The position numbers were made by a program, and so were the translations under genes. DNA of 64,000 bases from Candidatus Omnitrophota bacterium (GTDB taxonomy: Bacteria > Omnitrophota > Gorgyraeia > Zapsychrales > JANLHA01). Shown here one piece after another: positions 58,921-64,000 of the stretch. The stretch covers positions 32,170 through 96,169 of the forward strand of contig JANPFV010000104.1 in the NCBI GenBank assembly GCA_031423615.1, read 5' to 3'. Positions within the stretch are counted from its first letter, which is position 1. Each line of letters starts with the position of its first letter. The notes beneath the pieces were generated by a model. That model made no database searches. It saw only the letters and a program-made list of their open reading frames with translations, and was not told where the DNA came from.

Positions 58921-59880
58921 ATGAAAGTTGCTGTAAAGAAAGTCGATGCTATAAAACGTGAATTGTCATTTGAAATTCCCAAGGACCGCGTCGCCGCGGC
59001 CCATGCGCAAGTCATGAGTGAAATCACCCGAGTCGCTAAGGTGAAAGGTTTTCGTCCGGGTAAAGCTCCCCGTCAAATGATTGAAGCCCAGCATGGCCCT
59101 TTAGCGCGTGAGGAAGTTATTAAAAAACTTATTCCCGAAGTTTATCATGAGGGGATTGCCCAAGAAAAGATTGATGCTTTGGACCTTCCGGAAATCCACG
59201 ATGTGGAGTATAAAGATGGGTTGATTCGTTTTAAGGCCCATGTGGACATCAAACCGGAAATTAAACTCGGTCATTATAAGGGACTGAAAGTCACCCGCCG
59301 AAGTTCCAAAGTGACCGACGAAGAATTGGAAAAAACCCTGGAGTATTTCAAGAAAGGTCAAGGCGGTGAAAAGGAAGGGACTGTTGGCTCTCATGCCGGG
59401 CACTCGCCGCAGCTTGACGATGATTTTGCTAAAAGTCTGGGTTATCCCAGTTTGGCGCAATACAAAGAATCTTTGACCCGGCAGATAGAAATAGAAAAGG
59501 ACAGGCAGAATCGTATCGACATCGAGAACCAAATTATTGATGCCTTGATCAAGGATGCTCAATTGGCTGTTCCGGAAATTTTGGTCAAACGCCAACTGGA
59601 TCATCGACTTCACGATATGCAGCATCGCCTCAAGGACCAAGGCTTTCCGGAAACTGAAATCAAAAAGCGCGAAGACGAAATGCGCAAAGAATTTGCCGCG
59701 ACCGCAGAGAAGGACGTGAAGGTTTATTTGATTCTGGACGCCATTGCCAAGGCGGAAGGTATTCACACCCATTCGGAAAATGAAAGTCTGCCGGCAAAAG
59801 TCATGGCCTTCTTATTAAAGGAAGCTAAATGGGAAGAAGCCAAGGACGAAAAAGAAACTCACGATTTAAAGAAGAAATAG
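58921..59880 (+). CDS. tig: Trigger factor lacking the central PPIase domain (320 aa)
   Basis: N-terminal ribosome-binding domain with GFRPGKAPRQMIE signature, then directly the C-terminal chaperone arm; about 100 aa FKBP domain absent; tig-clpP synteny; RBS AAAGAGGA. Confidence 0.75.
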   Translation: MKVAVKKVDAIKRELSFEIPKDRVAAAHAQVMSEITRVAKVKGFRPGKAPRQMIEAQHGPLAREEVIKKLIPEVYHEGIAQEKIDALDLPEIHDVEYKDGLIRFKAHVDIKPEIKLGHYKGLKVTRRSSKVTDEELEKTLEYFKKGQGGEKEGTVGSHAGHSPQLDDDFAKSLGYPSLAQYKESLTRQIEIEKDRQNRIDIENQIIDALIKDAQLAVPEILVKRQLDHRLHDMQHRLKDQGFPETEIKKREDEMRKEFAATAEKDVKVYLILDAIAKAEGIHTHSENESLPAKVMAFLLKEAKWEEAKDEKETHDLKKK

Positions 59881-59955
59881 TTTGCGGCTGTCCGAGAGAT
59901 TTTTGCGCTACCGGCAGCCTGCTAAGATTTTTAAAATATAACTAAAGGAGCGACA

Positions 59956-60570
59956 ATGGATGTGATATCTCAATACCTGGTTCCGATGGTCGTTGAAAAA
60001 AGTGGACACGGAGAACGGGCTTATGACATTTACTCGCGTCTTCTGAAGGACCGGATCATTTTTATCGGTACGGCCATCGATGATAATGTGGCGAATCTGA
60101 TCATTGCCCAACTGCTGTTTTTGCAAAGCGAAGATGCCAGCAAGGATATTAATATTTATGTCAATAGCCCGGGCGGTTCGGTCACTGCGGGGCTGGCCAT
60201 TTATGACACCATTCAATTTATTAAACCGGATGTCAGCACTTACTGCATTGGTCAGGCCGCCAGTATGGGGGCTGTTCTCCTCGCGGCGGGGACCAAGGGA
60301 AAAAGATATTCTCTTCCTTATTCGCGGATCATGATCCATCAACCTTGGGGCGGGGCGCAGGGGACGGCCAGCGATATTTCTATTCAAGCCAAGGAAATTT
60401 TGCGTATGAAGGAAGAATTGACAAAACTTTTGGCCCATCATACGGGTCAAAGTGTCGAAAAGATCGCCGCCGATACCGACCGTGATTTTTTCATGTCCGC
60501 TCAAGAAGCCAAAGCCTATGGTCTTGTCGACGAGGTTTTGTATACCGTCAAAGATATTAAAAAGAAGTAA
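59956..60570 (+). CDS. clpP: ATP-dependent Clp protease proteolytic subunit
   Basis: Full-length ClpP with catalytic Ser (GQAASMGA), His (MIHQP), Asp. Confidence 0.95.
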   Translation: MDVISQYLVPMVVEKSGHGERAYDIYSRLLKDRIIFIGTAIDDNVANLIIAQLLFLQSEDASKDINIYVNSPGGSVTAGLAIYDTIQFIKPDVSTYCIGQAASMGAVLLAAGTKGKRYSLPYSRIMIHQPWGGAQGTASDISIQAKEILRMKEELTKLLAHHTGQSVEKIAADTDRDFFMSAQEAKAYGLVDEVLYTVKDIKKK

Positions 60571-60591
60571 TTTTTTTGAAAGGAAAGTAAA

Positions 60592-61731
60592 ATGAAACGC
60601 ACCTTGCTTTTGACACCCGGTCCGACACAAGTCCCTGCCCGTTTGTGCGAAGTTCTGGGTCGTCCCATCATCCATCACCGTACCCCGCAGTTTCAGGCTT
60701 TGCTTAAAGAAGCGGTCGAGGGACTGAAGTATGTTTTGCAGACTCAAAATGAAGTTTATATTTTGGCTTCGTCGGGAACGGGGGCGATGGAGGCGAGTGT
60801 GGTTTCTTTTTTATCTCCTGGCGATAAAGTCGTTATCGCGGAAGCGGGAAAGTTCGGTGAACGCTGGGGTGAGATGTGCAAAGCTTATGGTATTCACGCG
60901 CAAATTCTTAAGGCCCCGTGGGGACAGAATGTTTCGCTGGTTGACATTAAAAAAGCCCTCGATGCTGACCAAAGCATTAAGGCCGTTTTTGCCACTCATA
61001 GCGAAACATCGACGGGGACTAATGCCGATATTCAAGGCCTCGGCCGGCTGGTCAAAGATTATCCCGCAGTTTTGATTGTTGACGCCGTGAGCGGTTTGGG
61101 CGTTCAGGATTTACAAACCGATCAATGGCACGTCGATGTCGTCTGCTCGGCTTCGCACAAAGGTTTGATGCTTCCACCCGGAGTGGCTTTCTTGTCGGTT
61201 TCGCCCAAAGCGGACGCCTTATTGGAAACATCCAAAACCCCTAAATTTTATTTTGATATTCGTAAATATAAAAAGGCCTGGATGCAAGTTGATACGCCAT
61301 TTACACCGTCGATTGGCATTGTGATTGCGCTGGTGGAAAGTTTGAAAATGGTCAAAGAAACCGGCATCGACACTATGTTCTCCCGCTATGCTCGTTTAGC
61401 GAAAGGCACCCGTGCGGCGGCGTTGGCCTTAGGCTTGTCGCTTTTTGCGGAGGAGAGTGCCATTTCCAATGTCTTGACTGCAATCCGTGTTCCCGATAAT
61501 ATCGACGGAGAAAAGGTCCTCAAAATGATGCGCGACACCCACGGCATTTCCGTTGCGCCAGGGCAAGATGCGGTCAAAGGAAAAATCATCCGCATTGCCC
61601 ATATGGGAGTCATTGATGAATACGACATTCTGACCGGCATTGCCTGTTTGGAAAAAGTTTTGCAACAGCTCGGCCACAAATTTGAAATGGGTGCCGGTGT
61701 GGCCGCGGCCCAAAAAGTTTTTAATCCCTGA
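60592..61731 (+). CDS. Class V aminotransferase (archaeal-type phosphoserine aminotransferase / AGXT family)
   Basis: LLTPGPTQVPARL N-terminus, PLP lysine region SASHKGLMLPPG; adjacent to serA. Confidence 0.75.
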   Translation: MKRTLLLTPGPTQVPARLCEVLGRPIIHHRTPQFQALLKEAVEGLKYVLQTQNEVYILASSGTGAMEASVVSFLSPGDKVVIAEAGKFGERWGEMCKAYGIHAQILKAPWGQNVSLVDIKKALDADQSIKAVFATHSETSTGTNADIQGLGRLVKDYPAVLIVDAVSGLGVQDLQTDQWHVDVVCSASHKGLMLPPGVAFLSVSPKADALLETSKTPKFYFDIRKYKKAWMQVDTPFTPSIGIVIALVESLKMVKETGIDTMFSRYARLAKGTRAAALALGLSLFAEESAISNVLTAIRVPDNIDGEKVLKMMRDTHGISVAPGQDAVKGKIIRIAHMGVIDEYDILTGIACLEKVLQQLGHKFEMGAGVAAAQKVFNP

Positions 61732-61742
61732 AAGGTCCTGTC

Positions 61743-63326
61743 ATGAAAATTCTCGTCAGCGATAAACTCGCTAATGAAGGTTTAGATATTTTAAGAGCGG
61801 TAAAAGAATTCCAGGTCGACTTAAAGCCGGGAATGACTCCGGCGGAACTGAAAGCCATTATCAAAGATTATGATGCTTTAATCGTCCGCAGTGAAACCAA
61901 GGTCACGGCGGAAATTCTCGAAGCCGCTGATAAATTGAAAGTCATTGGCCGGGCCGGTGTCGGGTTGGATAATATTGATCTTCCTGCCGCCACAAAAAAA
62001 GGTGTCGTGGCCATGAATACACCGGCGGGGAACACGACTTCGACGGCCGAACATACTTTGAGTCTGATTTTGGCATTGTCGCGTAACATCGCCCAAGCCG
62101 CGTCATCGATGAAGGCGGGAAAGTGGGACCGATCTAAATTTAGCGGGGTTGAGCTTTACGGAAAAACTTTAGGGATCATCGGTCTGGGACGTATTGGGGC
62201 CACGGTCGCCGGTTTTGCAAAAGCCTTCGGAATGAAAGTTTTTGCTTTTGATCCTTTTTTGTCCAAGGACGTCGCGGCCAAAATGGGCATCGAAATTGTC
62301 GAGTTTGAGAAATTGATCAAGGAATCCGATTATATCACCGTCCATATTCCTAAAACGCCCGAAACAACCGACATCATTTCCGAAAAAGAATTTACCCTGA
62401 TGAAGAAAAGCGTTCGCGTTCTCAATTGCGCGCGCGGCGGGATCATCAATGAAAAAGCATTGATTAAAGCTTTGGAAGAAAAGCGGATTGCCGGATGCGC
62501 TTTGGATGTTTTTGAAGTTGAGCCTTTGCCGGTGGATTCGCCGCTTTTAAAATTTGATAATTGCATTATGACGCCGCATTTAGGAGCCTCGACGAGCGAA
62601 GCCCAGGTCAATGTCGCCATTGAAATTGCCGAAACGGTAAAAAATGCGCTATTAGGTCACGGCATTATGAACGCGGCTAACTTTCCGTCGTTAAGCGGTG
62701 AAGCATACAAAGTTTTAGCACCCTACATCGACCTTGCTGAACGCATCGGGAAATTTGCCGGTCAATTAATTAACGGCCGACTCAGTGGTGTAAAGATAAC
62801 TTGTAGTGGAGTCATGACCGAATACAAAGTCGCACCCATTACTTTAGCGACGCTTAAAGGTCTTTTAACACCTATTCTGGGTGAAACTGTGAATTCCATT
62901 AATTCTTACGAGGTTGCTCGTCAACGCGGGATTAATGTTCAGGAAATTCAATCTACGGAAAAGACAGAGTTTGTAAATCTGCTAAGTATTGAAATCGCGA
63001 CCGATAAGGAAACATTTACGGTGTGGGGGACGCTTTCTGCAAATTTACAGCCACGCATCGTTCGCGTAAACAATGTTTATGTGGAAACGAACCCGGATGG
63101 TTACATGCTTTTTATCAATAACAATGACAAGCCGGGTATCGTCGGCGGCGTGGGAATGGTCTTGGCTGAGAATCATGTCAATATTGCCAGCATTACTCTG
63201 GGACGTGAGTCGGCGGGTAAACTGGCGGTCAGTGTTGTCAACGTCGACAGCGAAGTCTCGCCGGCCGTCATTGAGAAAATTAAAAAGATGCCCAATATTT
63301 TATTTGTGAAATTGATCAAGATTTAA
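61743..63326 (+). CDS. serA: D-3-phosphoglycerate dehydrogenase with C-terminal ACT domain
   Basis: NAD-binding GIIGLGRIG, catalytic His/Glu region, C-terminal ACT. Confidence 0.9.
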   Translation: MKILVSDKLANEGLDILRAVKEFQVDLKPGMTPAELKAIIKDYDALIVRSETKVTAEILEAADKLKVIGRAGVGLDNIDLPAATKKGVVAMNTPAGNTTSTAEHTLSLILALSRNIAQAASSMKAGKWDRSKFSGVELYGKTLGIIGLGRIGATVAGFAKAFGMKVFAFDPFLSKDVAAKMGIEIVEFEKLIKESDYITVHIPKTPETTDIISEKEFTLMKKSVRVLNCARGGIINEKALIKALEEKRIAGCALDVFEVEPLPVDSPLLKFDNCIMTPHLGASTSEAQVNVAIEIAETVKNALLGHGIMNAANFPSLSGEAYKVLAPYIDLAERIGKFAGQLINGRLSGVKITCSGVMTEYKVAPITLATLKGLLTPILGETVNSINSYEVARQRGINVQEIQSTEKTEFVNLLSIEIATDKETFTVWGTLSANLQPRIVRVNNVYVETNPDGYMLFINNNDKPGIVGGVGMVLAENHVNIASITLGRESAGKLAVSVVNVDSEVSPAVIEKIKKMPNILFVKLIKI

Positions 63327-63335
63327 GGAAAATTT

Positions 63336-64000
63336 ATGCCAAAAGCAAAAAAAAAGATTGAGAATATTGTTGTCGTCGGTGCCCAATGGGGTGATGAAGG
63401 AAAGGGAAAATTGATCGATTTCCTTTCTCAGGATGTGGACATCATTGCCCGTTATCAGGGCGGGAACAATGCCGGGCACACGGTCGTTGTGGGCGAGAAG
63501 GAATATATCTTTCATCTTTTGCCGTCAGCGATTTTACACAAGAAAAAAGTGTGTGTCATCGGCAATGGGGTCGTCGTTGATCCTAAAGCTTTATTAGGAG
63601 AAATCGAAGACCTTAAGCAGAAAAAGATCCATGTGACAACCCGCCAGCTCAAGGTCTCGGGGTTGTGTCATATTGTTATGCCCTATCACCGTATTCTCGA
63701 CGGTTTACGCGAATCGGTCCGTAAAAATAAAATCGGTACGACAGGGCGCGGGATTGGGCCGTGCTATTCCGATAAAGTGGCCCGCTGCGGGATCCGCATG
63801 ATTGATCTTTTAAACCCCGCTGTTCTCAAAGTCAAGCTGGAAGACAATCTCACGGAAAAGAATGAAATCTTCAGTAAGGTTTTTAAGCAAAAGGATTTTG
63901 ATTTCACGACGGTGTATGAAGAATATTTAAATTATGGGAAATTGCTGGGGCCGTATGTTTGTGATACGACGATATTTTTAAATCGCGCCATCGCGGCTAA
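63336..64000 (+). CDS. purA: Adenylosuccinate synthetase (5' partial, runs off the window)
   Basis: VVVGAQWGDEGKGKLIDFLS ... GGNNAGHTV signature. Confidence 0.9.
   Translation, partial: MPKAKKKIENIVVVGAQWGDEGKGKLIDFLSQDVDIIARYQGGNNAGHTVVVGEKEYIFHLLPSAILHKKKVCVIGNGVVVDPKALLGEIEDLKQKKIHVTTRQLKVSGLCHIVMPYHRILDGLRESVRKNKIGTTGRGIGPCYSDKVARCGIRMIDLLNPAVLKVKLEDNLTEKNEIFSKVFKQKDFDFTTVYEEYLNYGKLLGPYVCDTTIFLNRAIAA

Noticed and set aside
59881-59955. Possible terminator between tig and clpP
   Set aside because: Only an imperfect GGCTG(T)CCG...CGGCAGCC pairing with a large loop and no U-run; tig and clpP are probably co-transcribed.
59908-60747. 279-aa minus-strand ORF
   Set aside because: Entirely antisense to clpP, which has unmistakable ClpP catalytic motifs. 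No RBS or known motif; it is a shadow ORF.
1-64000. CRISPR arrays / cas genes / transposases / prophage
   Set aside because: No spacer-repeat periodicity, no IS-like inverted repeats and no phage structural genes were seen anywhere in the window.

Overview
This 64 kb window is from a diderm (LPS-producing) bacterium with about 48% GC. Genes are tightly packed, mostly on the + strand, with many 1-4 nt start/stop overlaps. Almost all of it is recognisable core genome: (1) a complete Bat/MoxR aerotolerance-type operon (119-8018) that carries an extra, very cysteine-rich secreted protein at its 3' end. (2) A minus-strand lipid-A operon: a Gfo/Idh/MocA oxidoreductase, lpxB, a 627-aa protein with a PEPCK/HprK-type P-loop, and a minimal beta-carbonic-anhydrase-like protein. 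It is divergent from msbA, a LolA-like protein and an outer-membrane barrel. (3) rpsB-tsf-pyrH-frr, then a tRNA cluster (Lys-Leu-Gly). (4) A regulatory PTS block (ptsN-yvcK-ptsH-ptsI), followed by a nucleotidyltransferase and metK-ahcY. (5) An OmpR/histidine-kinase two-component pair followed by a three-gene block of unknown function (29881-32182). (6) pfkA, ilvC, leuA, aroE, pilD, aroK, dprA, topA, xerC. (7) A contiguous ~16.5 kb LPS core / Kdo / Lpt supercluster: waaA, lpxK, an LpxL-ELM1 fusion, a GT4-GT9 fusion, a GT4, three further GT9 heptosyltransferases, heptose kinase, kdsB, kdsA, kdsD, kdsC, an lptA/C-like gene and lptB. (8) A PPIase-less trigger factor, clpP, serC-type aminotransferase, serA and a partial purA. 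No CRISPR array, transposase or prophage is evident. The most interesting candidates for undescribed biology are the P-loop protein + beta-CA-like pair inside the lpxB operon, the Cys-rich protein appended to the Bat operon, and the unknown three-gene block downstream of the two-component system. Coordinates are those of the supplied ORF track, with starts moved to the most plausible ATG/RBS where noted. I could not verify fine nucleotide positions by computation.
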